From Pseudomonadota bacterium (GTDB taxonomy: Bacteria > Pseudomonadota > Gammaproteobacteria > Burkholderiales > Burkholderiaceae_C), in contig JAZKHK010000030.1 in assembly GCA_040385425.1 (NCBI GenBank), forward strand, positions 947-64,946: DNA of 64,000 nucleotides, written 5' to 3'. The position numbers and the translations under genes were made by a program. This document shows, one piece after another, positions 10,496 to 19,543 of this stretch. The notes under the pieces are model-generated. The model saw only the letters and a program-made list of their open reading frames with translations, did no database searches and was not told the DNA's origin. Position 1 is the stretch's first letter. Every line of letters begins with the position of its first letter.

Positions 10496-11818
10496 ATGAA
10501 CAAACCAACGGTCGTGATGACAGTGCCTTTTCCTGGTCGCCGCTACGGGCTGGCACTGCGTTTGTTGTGCAGCAGTCTGTGTGCATTGACGCTGGCGCAG
10601 CCCGCAGGGGCCGCTTTGCTGACGGAGCCAGGGGTGTCGAAAGAGCAAGCTGCACCTGCGGAGCCTGCCGTGGCCGCCAAGTGGGATGAGTCCCAAATCC
10701 GGGAGTCGCTGCGGGTCTTGGAGACCAGCCCACTCCGCCCGGTGCAACCCTGTGGCAAAACGGGAGTTGTCCACTCGCGTAGCGTGTTGATCAATCCTGA
10801 AGCCACGGCCATCAGCATCATTGAGGCCGGCGCACCAGCGCGACTGTTGACGTTGCGCGATGGACTGCTGCCAGAGGTTCACTACCTGTCCGACGGTCGT
10901 CATGCCTTGCTGGCAACCGGCAGCGGCTGGATTTTGCGGGTTGACCTGGAACAGGCCCGTCTGGTGGCTGAAGTGCGTGCCGGATTGACCTTGAACGGCG
11001 CGGCCTTGTCGGCGGGGCGCGCCGGTTTACCCGCTTTGCTGGCCGTGGCCAATACAGAGCCGCATACCTTGGTAGTGCTTGATGAGCAGCTCAAACTGGT
11101 CAAACTGCTGCCCGTCGCTGATAAAACCAGCCAGATTACTTCCCCCGTGGCGGCGGTCCTTACCGCCAAGACACGCAACAGTTTTATCGCCAGCTTCACC
11201 GGGATTTCGGAGCTCTGGGAGATCAGTTACAACCCCAATGCCCCAGAGATTAGCGTGGGTCTGGTCCATGATTTCCAGTACCGGGAGGGCACGTTCATGC
11301 CCGGCTACCTGAATCCGCAGCGCATCACCTTGCCTTCTCCATCGACAGAACTTCTGGTCACCGAAGCAGGCAATGAAGTGGTGACCGCTCACGCTGAAGC
11401 CGATTTGTTGCACCCCGGTGCCAGCGCCCGGGTGCTGGTGACGAACCTGGACGCGCGCCGCAAGGTGGCCGAATTCGCCTTGCCGGGCTGGCCGGCGCTA
11501 GGGCGCTCGCTGGCGTGGCGCATGGATGGACAAGACCGGCTGGCCGTGCCCAATGCACGCCTGGGACTGGTCAGTGTGGTGGATCCCAAACGCTGGGCGC
11601 TGCTGGGTCACTTGCGCACCGACGGCCCGGTGCGTTCCTTGTACAGCGCCTCAGGCTCACCGTGGATGTGGTTTGGCGCTGATGCCGTGCCTGGACAGGC
11701 GCCGACCGTGCTGCGCGTAGACAAGCGTACGCTGGAGGTGGATGAGGTTTTGGCTGACGCCGGGGAAAAGCAAGTCCCCTCCAATCCTTTCGCTGCACCC
11801 GCCGGGTGCAAGCCTTAA
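10496..11818 (+). CDS. Divergent NirN/cytochrome d1 beta-propeller-like protein lacking a heme c domain (start uncertain: 10388, 10496 or 10517)
   Basis: NirN-like blocks: W.E.QIR.S, LVAEVRAG, VANTEPHTLVVLD, RNSFIASF...ELWEISY, GLVHDF, RKVAE..LPG.P.LG; no CXXCH. Confidence 0.7.
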   Translation: MNKPTVVMTVPFPGRRYGLALRLLCSSLCALTLAQPAGAALLTEPGVSKEQAAPAEPAVAAKWDESQIRESLRVLETSPLRPVQPCGKTGVVHSRSVLINPEATAISIIEAGAPARLLTLRDGLLPEVHYLSDGRHALLATGSGWILRVDLEQARLVAEVRAGLTLNGAALSAGRAGLPALLAVANTEPHTLVVLDEQLKLVKLLPVADKTSQITSPVAAVLTAKTRNSFIASFTGISELWEISYNPNAPEISVGLVHDFQYREGTFMPGYLNPQRITLPSPSTELLVTEAGNEVVTAHAEADLLHPGASARVLVTNLDARRKVAEFALPGWPALGRSLAWRMDGQDRLAVPNARLGLVSVVDPKRWALLGHLRTDGPVRSLYSASGSPWMWFGADAVPGQAPTVLRVDKRTLEVDEVLADAGEKQVPSNPFAAPAGCKP

Positions 11819-11832
11819 GTTTCGGCGTTGGT

Positions 11833-11888
11833 TTGCTATGCCTTTAATAGCTACCCGCGCAATAAAGGCGGGGGCTAGGGGCCTATTT
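11833..11888 (+). repeat. Intergenic repeat copy 1 (GCTAT-N7-ATAGC-N19-RGGGCTAGRGGC)
   Basis: TTGCTATGCCTTTAATAGCTACCCGCGCAATAAAGGCGGGGGCTAGGGGCCTATTT; same architecture as the copies at 19385 and 45311. Confidence 0.75.
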
Positions 11889-11910
11889 GGCTAATAATTC
11901 CTGATAAAAA

Positions 11911-12744
11911 TCAGGCCGCTGCGGAAATGGCCTGCAATGCGGGGGCACCGGTGAACCATTGCAGTCGTTTGTTGAGCTCCACCACTTTGCCGACGATGAT
12001 CAGGGAAGGCGATTGCAGTCCCATTTGGCGGGCCAGATTGGGTAAGGTTTCCAGGTCGCTGGCAATCACCCTTTGCTGCGGGGTGGTTCCTTTTTCAATG
12101 ATGGCCGCCGGGGTGTTGGCGGGCATGCCATGCTGGATGAGCTGCTTGGCAATTTCTCCCAAGGCCCCCAGGCCCATGTAGATCACGATGGTCTGGTTGG
12201 GTCTGGCGAGCATGGGCCAGTCCAGGTCCAGCGTGCCGTCCTTGAGATGGCCGGTCGTGAACAGGCAGGTTTGGGCGTAGTCCCGGTGGGTGAGGGGAAT
12301 GCCTGCATACCTGGAAACGCCGCTGGCTGCAGTGATGCCGGGAACGACTTCAAACCCAATACCTTGAGCCGCCAGTATTTCCAGTTCTTCGCCGCCGCGT
12401 CCAAAAATAAAAGGGTCGCCGCCTTTGAGCCGGACCACCATCTTGCCCTGTTTGGCCAGCGTGACCAGCAACTCGTTGATCTGTTCTTGCGGCAAGGTGT
12501 GGCGATTGGTTTGTTTGCCGACATAGATTTTTTCGGCACCGCTGTGGATGAGGCTGACCACACCCGGGCTGACCAAATTGTCATAAACAACCACATCGGC
12601 CTGGCCGAGTAAACGGACCGCTTTTACCGTTAACAAATCAGGATCGCCCGGGCCGGCTCCGACCAGGTACACGGTGCCCGTCGGGATTTTTCCCGAGGCT
12701 GCAGTGGTTTGTTTTGTGAGCGATAAGGTAGTCAAGAATTTCAC
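11911..12744 (-). CDS. nirE: Uroporphyrinogen-III C-methyltransferase for heme d1 synthesis
   Basis: [39 protein letters not shown]; adjacent to the nir biosynthesis genes. Confidence 0.92.
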   Translation of the reverse strand: MKFLTTLSLTKQTTAASGKIPTGTVYLVGAGPGDPDLLTVKAVRLLGQADVVVYDNLVSPGVVSLIHSGAEKIYVGKQTNRHTLPQEQINELLVTLAKQGKMVVRLKGGDPFIFGRGGEELEILAAQGIGFEVVPGITAASGVSRYAGIPLTHRDYAQTCLFTTGHLKDGTLDLDWPMLARPNQTIVIYMGLGALGEIAKQLIQHGMPANTPAAIIEKGTTPQQRVIASDLETLPNLARQMGLQSPSLIIVGKVVELNKRLQWFTGAPALQAISAAA

Positions 12745-12903
12745 CCGTTAATTTTCAAATTTAGCTTTACCAAAATAGATGAATCGATCGCGCGACAGAG
12801 ACATTTTTCTCGAGTTGTCATCGCCATCGGGTCATGATTTTGCAAATTATGCTGTTTTCTTGACCCTCGTGATGACCTGTGGGGTACTGCATAAAGCGCT
12901 ATT

Positions 12904-12919
12904 CTTAAACTGCATCAAG
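12904..12919. promoter_or_regulatory. DNR/FNR-type box between divergent nirE and nirC
   Basis: CTTAAACTGCATCAAG (reverse complement CTTGATGCAGTTTAAG), matching the nosZ/nirS boxes. Confidence 0.65.
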
Positions 12920-13071
12920 AGAGGCATCAATACTTTCAGGCTTGAAGGAATTTCACCCAAATAAAAGCACGGAAGACGCATAATTTCTTCATTGGCAGCA
13001 CGCACGTTCTACCCATTCAGGTGCGTATTTGCAGCTTTCCACAATCCACCCGTTGTATCTGGAATTTGAAA

Positions 13072-13440
13072 ATGTTGTTTGGTTTGGGGCAGTCTGGTTT
13101 GGTCGGTATCGCAACCCTGGGTCTGACCCTCTCAATGGCCGCTGCTGCGGCCAACGAAGCAGGCGTAGCCAGCGCGTCGCTTGATGCGAGCCGTCAGAAG
13201 GAACTCGTCACGCTGGTGCGACAAGATTGCGGCTCCTGTCATGGCTTGACCCTCAAAGGGGGCCTGGGCCCGGCCTTGCTGCCACAGGACTTGAAAAACA
13301 AACCGGTGGAGTACCTCACGTTTGTCATCCTGCAAGGTCGCGCTAACACGGCCATGCCGCCCTGGAAACGTTTTTTGAGTGATGCAGATGCGCAATGGAT
13401 CGCTACCAATTTGCAGAAAGGTTTTCCCGATGGGCATTAG
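13072..13440 (+). CDS. nirC: Monoheme cytochrome c55x
   Basis: LVRQDCGSCHGLTLKGGLGPALLP...TAMPPW. Confidence 0.92.
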   Translation: MLFGLGQSGLVGIATLGLTLSMAAAAANEAGVASASLDASRQKELVTLVRQDCGSCHGLTLKGGLGPALLPQDLKNKPVEYLTFVILQGRANTAMPPWKRFLSDADAQWIATNLQKGFPDGH

Positions 13441-14614
13441 AAAATTTCAGACCACGCTACTGGCTGCGGCCTTGCTCCTGCTGGCCGGCTGCGCGGCCCC
13501 CGTGCTGCGTGGCACCGGGGACTTGGGCGTCATCATCGAGCGCGCCACAGGCAGCGTGCAGGTCGTCGATACCAGCAAACGCGTCGCCATCTCCAGCGTC
13601 AAAGGCTTGGGTGATTTGTCCCACGCCTCGCTGGTGTACTCCCGCGATGGGCGCTACGCCTATGTGTTCGGGCGCGACGGCGGCCTGACCAAGGTGGACC
13701 TGCTGCTGGGCAAGATTGAGCGCCGCGTGATCCAGGCCGGCAACAGCATTGGCGGCGCTATTTCACAAGACGGCCAACTGGTGGCGGCCCAAAACTACGC
13801 GCCCGGAGGCGTGAAAGTTTTTTCAGCAGAGACCCTGGAATTGGTGGCCGACGTGCCATCGACTTACGGCGACGCCGGCTTGCGCTCCAAGGTGGTCGGC
13901 CTGGCCGATGCGCCCGGCAACCGTTTTGTGTGGAGCCTGTTTGATGCCGGAGAAATCTGGGTCGGTGATTTCTCCAACCCCCAGCAGCCCCGCATCGAGA
14001 AATTCAAGAACATCGGCAGCCAGCCTTATGACGGTTTGATCACGCCCAATGGACGTTTTTACCTCGCCGGTCTGTTCGGTGAAGACGGCATGGCGCTGCT
14101 TGATCTGTGGCACCCGGAGCAGGGCTCACGCCGCATCTTGAGCGGCTACGGCAAGGGCGAAGAAAAACTGCCGGTCTTCAAAATGCCGCATTTGCGCGGC
14201 TGGGCCGTGGCAGGGCGCTATGCCTACGTGCCCGCCATCGGTCGCCATGAGGTTCTGATCCTCGACACGGAAACCTGGCTGGAAGCCGGGCGCATCCCGG
14301 TGGCGGGTCAGCCGGTCTTTGTGATTGCGCGTCCCGATGGGCGCCAGGTGTGGGTTAATTTTGCGTTCCCTGATAACGGCAATGTCGATGTGATCGATGT
14401 CGAGAAACGCAGCGTGGTCAAGCAACTGGCGCCGGGCAAGGCGGTGTTGCACATGGAGTTCGCGCCGCGTGGCGAATCGATCTGGATATCGGCCCGTGAC
14501 GACAACCGCGTGGTGGTGTATGACACCGCCAATTTTGCCCAGCGTGCCGTGCTGGCGGCCGAGTCGCCCAGTGGTATTTTCTTCACCACCCGCGCGGCGC
14601 GCACCGGGTTCTGA
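13430..14614 (+). CDS. nirF: Heme d1 binding lipoprotein NirF
   Basis: Lipobox LAGC; RGTGDLGVIIERA, GLGDLSHAS, KMPHL.GW, VLHMEF, SPSGIFFT.RA. Confidence 0.95.
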   Translation: MGIRKFQTTLLAAALLLLAGCAAPVLRGTGDLGVIIERATGSVQVVDTSKRVAISSVKGLGDLSHASLVYSRDGRYAYVFGRDGGLTKVDLLLGKIERRVIQAGNSIGGAISQDGQLVAAQNYAPGGVKVFSAETLELVADVPSTYGDAGLRSKVVGLADAPGNRFVWSLFDAGEIWVGDFSNPQQPRIEKFKNIGSQPYDGLITPNGRFYLAGLFGEDGMALLDLWHPEQGSRRILSGYGKGEEKLPVFKMPHLRGWAVAGRYAYVPAIGRHEVLILDTETWLEAGRIPVAGQPVFVIARPDGRQVWVNFAFPDNGNVDVIDVEKRSVVKQLAPGKAVLHMEFAPRGESIWISARDDNRVVVYDTANFAQRAVLAAESPSGIFFTTRAARTGF

Positions 14615-14621
14615 GGCTGGT

Positions 14622-15671
14622 ATGGGACAGATGCACGGGTTGAAACAAGAGACCGCTTTGGGCGAGCTGGAATTCAAGCTGCTGAACGACTACCAAAGGG
14701 GTTTTCCGCTGGTGGCGCACCCGTTTGCCGAACTGGCCCAGGGGCTGGGCGTCGAAGAGGCCACGGTCATGGCGACTTTGCAGTCGATGCAGCAGCGCGG
14801 GCTGGTCAGCCGCATTGGCGCGGTGTTTCGCCCCAATATCGTCGGTGCCAGCGCCCTGGCCGCGCTGGCTGTGCCGGTGGCGCGGCTGGAGGATGTGGCG
14901 GCGAAGATCAGTGCGCTGCCCGAGGTCAACCACAACTACCAGCGTGAACATCACTTCAATCTCTGGTTCGTGGTCACTGCCTCATCGGTGGCGCATTTGC
15001 ATTCGGTTTTCAAGGCCATGGAACTCGATTGCGGCTGTGGGCCGGTGCTGGTGTTGCCCTTGCTGGAGCAGTTTCATATCGACCTGGGTTTTGGCTTGGC
15101 CCCTGCGGAGTCGCACCATTTTCAGAGCGACACAACAGCGCCCACCGAGGTAGCAGCCATCGAATTGAGTGAGCCGGAACGTGCTTTCATGGCTGCTTTG
15201 CAGACTGGCCTGCCACTGGTGGCGCAGCCGTTTGCCGCACTGGGCTGGGCCGAGGCGGATGCCATTGCCTTGCTCGCGCGCTGGACGGACACCGGCGTCA
15301 TCAAACGCTTTGGCGTGGTGGTGCGCCACCATGAACTGGGCTACACCGCCAATGCGATGGTGGTCTGGAATGTGCCCGATGCCGTGGTCAGCCAGGTCGG
15401 CACCCGATTGGCCAGTACCGGCCGGGTGAGCTTGTGCTATCGCCGGCCCCGGGCCTTACCGCATTGGCCGTACAACCTGTTTTGCATGGTTCACGGCAAG
15501 GACCGCCAGGAAGTCGAGCAACGCATTGCCACCCTGGTGCAAACCTGCGGGCTGGCGGATTACGCGCATGAAATATTGTTCAGTTGCCGCCGTTTCAAAC
15601 AATGCGGCGCACGCTACGTGCCCGATATCAACAACGAAGCTGTGCCGGAGTTAGCCCATGGATCAGATTGA
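14622..15671 (+). CDS. nirDL: Siroheme decarboxylase subunit, NirD/NirL fusion
   Basis: Two AsnC-like modules: LLNDYQRGFPL...VNHNYQREH and HHELGY.ANAM.VW...CYRRPR...WPYNLFCMVHG. Confidence 0.9.
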   Translation: MGQMHGLKQETALGELEFKLLNDYQRGFPLVAHPFAELAQGLGVEEATVMATLQSMQQRGLVSRIGAVFRPNIVGASALAALAVPVARLEDVAAKISALPEVNHNYQREHHFNLWFVVTASSVAHLHSVFKAMELDCGCGPVLVLPLLEQFHIDLGFGLAPAESHHFQSDTTAPTEVAAIELSEPERAFMAALQTGLPLVAQPFAALGWAEADAIALLARWTDTGVIKRFGVVVRHHELGYTANAMVVWNVPDAVVSQVGTRLASTGRVSLCYRRPRALPHWPYNLFCMVHGKDRQEVEQRIATLVQTCGLADYAHEILFSCRRFKQCGARYVPDINNEAVPELAHGSD

Positions 15672-16101
15672 CCGCAACATCATCAACGGCTTGCATGGAG
15701 GGCTGTCGATTTGGGAGCGGCCCTACCTGGAAGCCGCGCAACGTCTCGGACTGGAAGAAGATGAGTTGATTGAACGGCTGGCCCGCCTGTTGAAGGATGG
15801 CGTGCTTACCCGCGTTGGCCCCTTGTACCAAATCGAGCGCATGGGCGGTGCGTTTACCCTGGCTGCCTTGCACGCCCCGGCTGAAGACTTTGAGCGGGTG
15901 GCTGAGCTTGTCAACGCCTTGCCGCAGGTGGCGCACAACTATGAGCGCGACCACGATTTGAATATGTGGTTTGTCATCGCAACCGAGACGCCGGGTGAAA
16001 TTGACGAGGTTATCAGCACGATTGAACGGGAGACCGGCTGCAGCGTCTGCAACTTCCCCAAGTCCCGTGAATACTTTGTCGAGTTGAAACTGAAAGCATG
16101 A
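15658..16101 (+). CDS. nirG: Siroheme decarboxylase subunit NirG
   Basis: GVLTRVGPLY, VAHNYERDHDLNMWFV; gene order. Confidence 0.9.
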   Translation: MDQIDRNIINGLHGGLSIWERPYLEAAQRLGLEEDELIERLARLLKDGVLTRVGPLYQIERMGGAFTLAALHAPAEDFERVAELVNALPQVAHNYERDHDLNMWFVIATETPGEIDEVISTIERETGCSVCNFPKSREYFVELKLKA

Positions 16102-16622
16102 GCCACGCCATGACAAGCAACCCCCAGGAAATCGTTGATGCCACCGACCGCGCCATCATCGTGGCCACCCAAGGCGGCCTGCCGCTGGTGGCGCGCCCTT
16201 ACCACGCGATTGCTGAAAGTCTGCAGCTTGATCCCGCGGACGTGATGACCCGGATGCGGCGTCTGCACATGATCGGGGTGATCCGCCGCCTGGGCGTGGT
16301 GCCCAATCACTATGCCATTGGCTACCATGCCAACGGCATGTCGGTGTGGGACGTGCCCGATGAGCTGGTGGACCCGTTGGGCGAGTTTGTCGGAAGTTTT
16401 GAGTTTGTCAGCCACTGCTACCGCCGGCCCCGGCGCCTGCCGCAGTGGCCCTATAACCTGTTCGCCATGGTGCATGGCAAGACCCGTGAAGAAGTCGAGC
16501 AGCAAGTGGCCCAGATTGCCGATTTTCTGGGCGAGCAGGCCCGCAGTCATGCCATTTTGTACAGCACCCGTATCTTGAAAAAAACCGGGCTGCGCCTGGC
16601 CGGCCAGAAGACGGCCGAGTAG
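16098..16622 (+). CDS. nirH: Siroheme decarboxylase subunit NirH
   Basis: ATQGGLPL, PNHY.IGY.ANGMSVWDV, HCYRRPR, KKTGLRL. Confidence 0.92.
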   Translation: MSHAMTSNPQEIVDATDRAIIVATQGGLPLVARPYHAIAESLQLDPADVMTRMRRLHMIGVIRRLGVVPNHYAIGYHANGMSVWDVPDELVDPLGEFVGSFEFVSHCYRRPRRLPQWPYNLFAMVHGKTREEVEQQVAQIADFLGEQARSHAILYSTRILKKTGLRLAGQKTAE

Positions 16623-16632
16623 AGGAAATACC

Positions 16633-17838
16633 ATGTTTCGAATTACCCAGTACATGCGAGAAATCGCCGAGCCCACGCCCTTGGGCCCCAAACGCAATCC
16701 CCCCGGTCCGGTCGTGATCTGGAACCTGATCCGCCGCTGCAACCTGACCTGCAAGCACTGCTATTCCATCTCGGCCGACAAAGACTTTGCCGGTGAATTG
16801 AATACGACCGAAGTCTACGGCGTGATGGATGATTTGCGCAGTTTTGGCGTGCCGGTGCTGATTCTGTCGGGCGGTGAGCCGCTGTTACGCGACGACATTT
16901 ACGACATTGCCCGCCGCGCCAAGGAGAAAGGCTTTTACGTCGGCCTGTCCACCAACGGCACGCTGATTGACGAGTCGAATATCGAGCGCATTGCCGCCAT
17001 CGGCTTTGATTATGTCGGCATCAGCCTGGACGGCATCCGCGAAACGCATGACACCTTCCGCCGCAAGGTCGGCGCGTTTGATGCATCGCTGCACGGCGTG
17101 CGACTGTGCCGCGATGCGGGCATCAAGATCGGCGTGCGCTTCACGCTGACGCAAGACAACGCGCATGACCTGCCGGCCTTGCTGAAGCTGGTGGACGATG
17201 AAGGTATCGACAAGTTTTACCTCTCGCACCTGAACTACGCCGGGCGCGGCAACACCAACCGCGGCCGCGATGCGTTTCTGGAGACCACCCGCAAGGCGAT
17301 GGATTTGCTGTTCGACACCTGCTGGAAACACATCGAAACCGGCGCGCACAAGGAATTCGTCACCGGCAACAACGATGCCGATGGCGTCTATCTGCTGCAT
17401 TGGGTGCGCCGCCATTTCCCCGAGCGCGAAGCGGCCTTGCGTGCCAAGCTGGCGCAGTGGGGCGGCAACTCCTCGGGCGTCAATGTCGCCAACATCGACA
17501 ACCTGGGCAATGTCCACCCCGACACCTTCTGGTGGCACCATAACCTGGGCAATGTGCGCGAGCGCGCCTTCTCCGAGATCTGGCGCGACACCTCGGACCC
17601 GCTGATGGCTGGCTTGAAAGCGGTGCCGCGCACCATCAAAGGCCGTTGCGGCGACTGCAGCTACTTCGACGTGTGCGGTGGCAACACGCGGGTGCGTGCC
17701 CTGCAATTGACCGGCGACGCCTGGCAGGAAGACCCGGCGTGTTACATGTCGGACGAGGAAATCGGCTTGGTTGGCGAACACGAGCGCGTTCCCATGAAAC
17801 CGTATATCGGCATTCGCCAGTCGAGGATGGCCGAATGA
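16633..17838 (+). CDS. nirJ: Radical SAM heme d1 biosynthesis protein
   Basis: MFRITQYM, WNLIRRCNLTCKHCY, SPASM-type C-terminal Cys cluster (CGDC...CGG...DPAC). Confidence 0.96.
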   Translation: MFRITQYMREIAEPTPLGPKRNPPGPVVIWNLIRRCNLTCKHCYSISADKDFAGELNTTEVYGVMDDLRSFGVPVLILSGGEPLLRDDIYDIARRAKEKGFYVGLSTNGTLIDESNIERIAAIGFDYVGISLDGIRETHDTFRRKVGAFDASLHGVRLCRDAGIKIGVRFTLTQDNAHDLPALLKLVDDEGIDKFYLSHLNYAGRGNTNRGRDAFLETTRKAMDLLFDTCWKHIETGAHKEFVTGNNDADGVYLLHWVRRHFPEREAALRAKLAQWGGNSSGVNVANIDNLGNVHPDTFWWHHNLGNVRERAFSEIWRDTSDPLMAGLKAVPRTIKGRCGDCSYFDVCGGNTRVRALQLTGDAWQEDPACYMSDEEIGLVGEHERVPMKPYIGIRQSRMAE

Positions 17839-19355
17839 GCGCGCCACGAACAGCCAAGCGCTGGCCCGCCTTGATGGCCGTGCTGTCAAGCCTGGTTTTG
17901 TCAACAGCCTGGGCCGAGGCAGACATCCAGCCTGTGTACCAGACCCATTGCGCCTCCTGCCACGGCGTGGACCGTTTGGGCGGAACCGGGCCGGCCTTGC
18001 TGCCGGGCAATCTGGCGCGCCTGAAACGCCCGGAGGCAATCAAGACCATCACGGAGGGGCGTTTGGCGACGCAGATGGTTGCTTTTGGCAGCAAGCTGAC
18101 TCCGCAGGAAATCACCGCGCTGGCCGACCTGATTTATGCACCGCTGGCGAAGACGCCGACCTGGGGCATGGATGAAATCCGCGCCTCCCGGCTGGAGCAT
18201 GTCAAAGCCGGCAGCCTGCCGGACAAACCGGTGTTCAAGGCGGAGCCGCTCAACCTGTTCGTGGTGGTGGAGCTGGGTGACCATCACGCGACTATTCTGG
18301 ATGGCGACAAGTTTGAGCCGATCACGCGTTTTGCCACCCGCTACGCCCTGCATGGCGGGCCGAAGTTCTCCCCCGACGGACGCTACGTTTATTTCGCATC
18401 GCGTGACGGCTGGATTGCCAAATACGACATCTGGAACCTGAAGCTGGTGGCCGAAATCCGGGCCGGCATCAACACGCGCAATCTGGCGGTGTCGAGCGAC
18501 GGGCGTTTTGCCATGGTCGCCAACTACTTTCCTCATACCCTGGTGGTGCTCGACACGCGGGACCTGACGCCGATCCGCGTCATCGATGTCAAGGACGATG
18601 GCGGCAAGTCCTCGCGTGTTTCGGCCGTCTATGACGCTGCGCCGCGCAAAAGTTTCATCGCCGCCCTGAAGGATATTCCTGAAGTGTGGGAGTTCAGTTA
18701 CGACGACAAGGCCACGCCCGACAAGACGGCGTTTGCGCCGCGCCGTATCAAGCTCGACGACTATCTGGACGACTTCTTTTTCGACCCCGCATACGACCAC
18801 GTTGTGGGGTCTTCGCGCGACGGGCAGGGGCAGGTGGTGAACCTGAATGCCGGGCGCAAGGTGGCCGATGTGGCTTTGCCGGGCTTGCCGCATCTGGGCT
18901 CGGGTATCTCATGGCTTTACCAGGGCAAGACCGTGATGGCGACGCCCAACTTGAAAGAAGGCGTGGTGTCGGTGATCGACATGGGGTCATGGCAGACCAT
19001 CAAGCAAATCCCCACCCTGGGGCCGGGTTTCTTCATGCGCAGCCATGAGAACACGCCGTATGCGTGGGTGGATGTGTTCAACAGCACCAAAAACCGCGAT
19101 GTGATTCAAGTTATCGACAAGAAAACGCTCGAACTCGTCAAGGAGCTGAAACCCAGTCCGGGCAAAGTAGCCGCGCACACCGAGTTCACGCGCGACGGCA
19201 AATACGCCGTGGTGAGCGTCTGGGAGAACGATGGCGAGCTGGTCATTTACGACGCCAAAACGCTGGAGGTCGTGAAACGGATCAAGATGAACAAGCCGTC
19301 AGGCAAGTACAACGTGTACAACAAGATCACCCGCTCGGAGGGCACCAGCCATTAA
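17835..19355 (+). CDS. nirN: Dihydro-heme d1 dehydrogenase NirN
   Basis: Signal peptide; CASCHG.DRLGG.GPALLP; LHGGPKFS, PHLGSG, FFMRSHE, AHTEFT, KPSGKYNV.NKI.RSEGTSH. Confidence 0.93.
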   Translation: MSAPRTAKRWPALMAVLSSLVLSTAWAEADIQPVYQTHCASCHGVDRLGGTGPALLPGNLARLKRPEAIKTITEGRLATQMVAFGSKLTPQEITALADLIYAPLAKTPTWGMDEIRASRLEHVKAGSLPDKPVFKAEPLNLFVVVELGDHHATILDGDKFEPITRFATRYALHGGPKFSPDGRYVYFASRDGWIAKYDIWNLKLVAEIRAGINTRNLAVSSDGRFAMVANYFPHTLVVLDTRDLTPIRVIDVKDDGGKSSRVSAVYDAAPRKSFIAALKDIPEVWEFSYDDKATPDKTAFAPRRIKLDDYLDDFFFDPAYDHVVGSSRDGQGQVVNLNAGRKVADVALPGLPHLGSGISWLYQGKTVMATPNLKEGVVSVIDMGSWQTIKQIPTLGPGFFMRSHENTPYAWVDVFNSTKNRDVIQVIDKKTLELVKELKPSPGKVAAHTEFTRDGKYAVVSVWENDGELVIYDAKTLEVVKRIKMNKPSGKYNVYNKITRSEGTSH

Positions 19356-19384
19356 GCTGTTCTTTTGTTTGCCTAGCGATGGAT

Positions 19385-19440
19385 TTGCTATATAAATAAT
19401 AGCTAGTCGGGTATATAGGACGAGGGCTAGAGGCTGTTTT
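19385..19440 (+). repeat. Intergenic repeat copy 2
   Basis: TTGCTATATAAATAATAGCTAGTCGGGTATATAGGACGAGGGCTAGAGGCTGTTTT. Confidence 0.75.
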
Positions 19441-19543
19441 TATACTTATTTTTTGTATTTTTCAGGTTGTGCCGCTGTAACGGGAGTGATTTGTCAGCGG
19501 GAGCAAGGGCGTCACATCATCGTGGTTCCGTAGAACGACGAGA

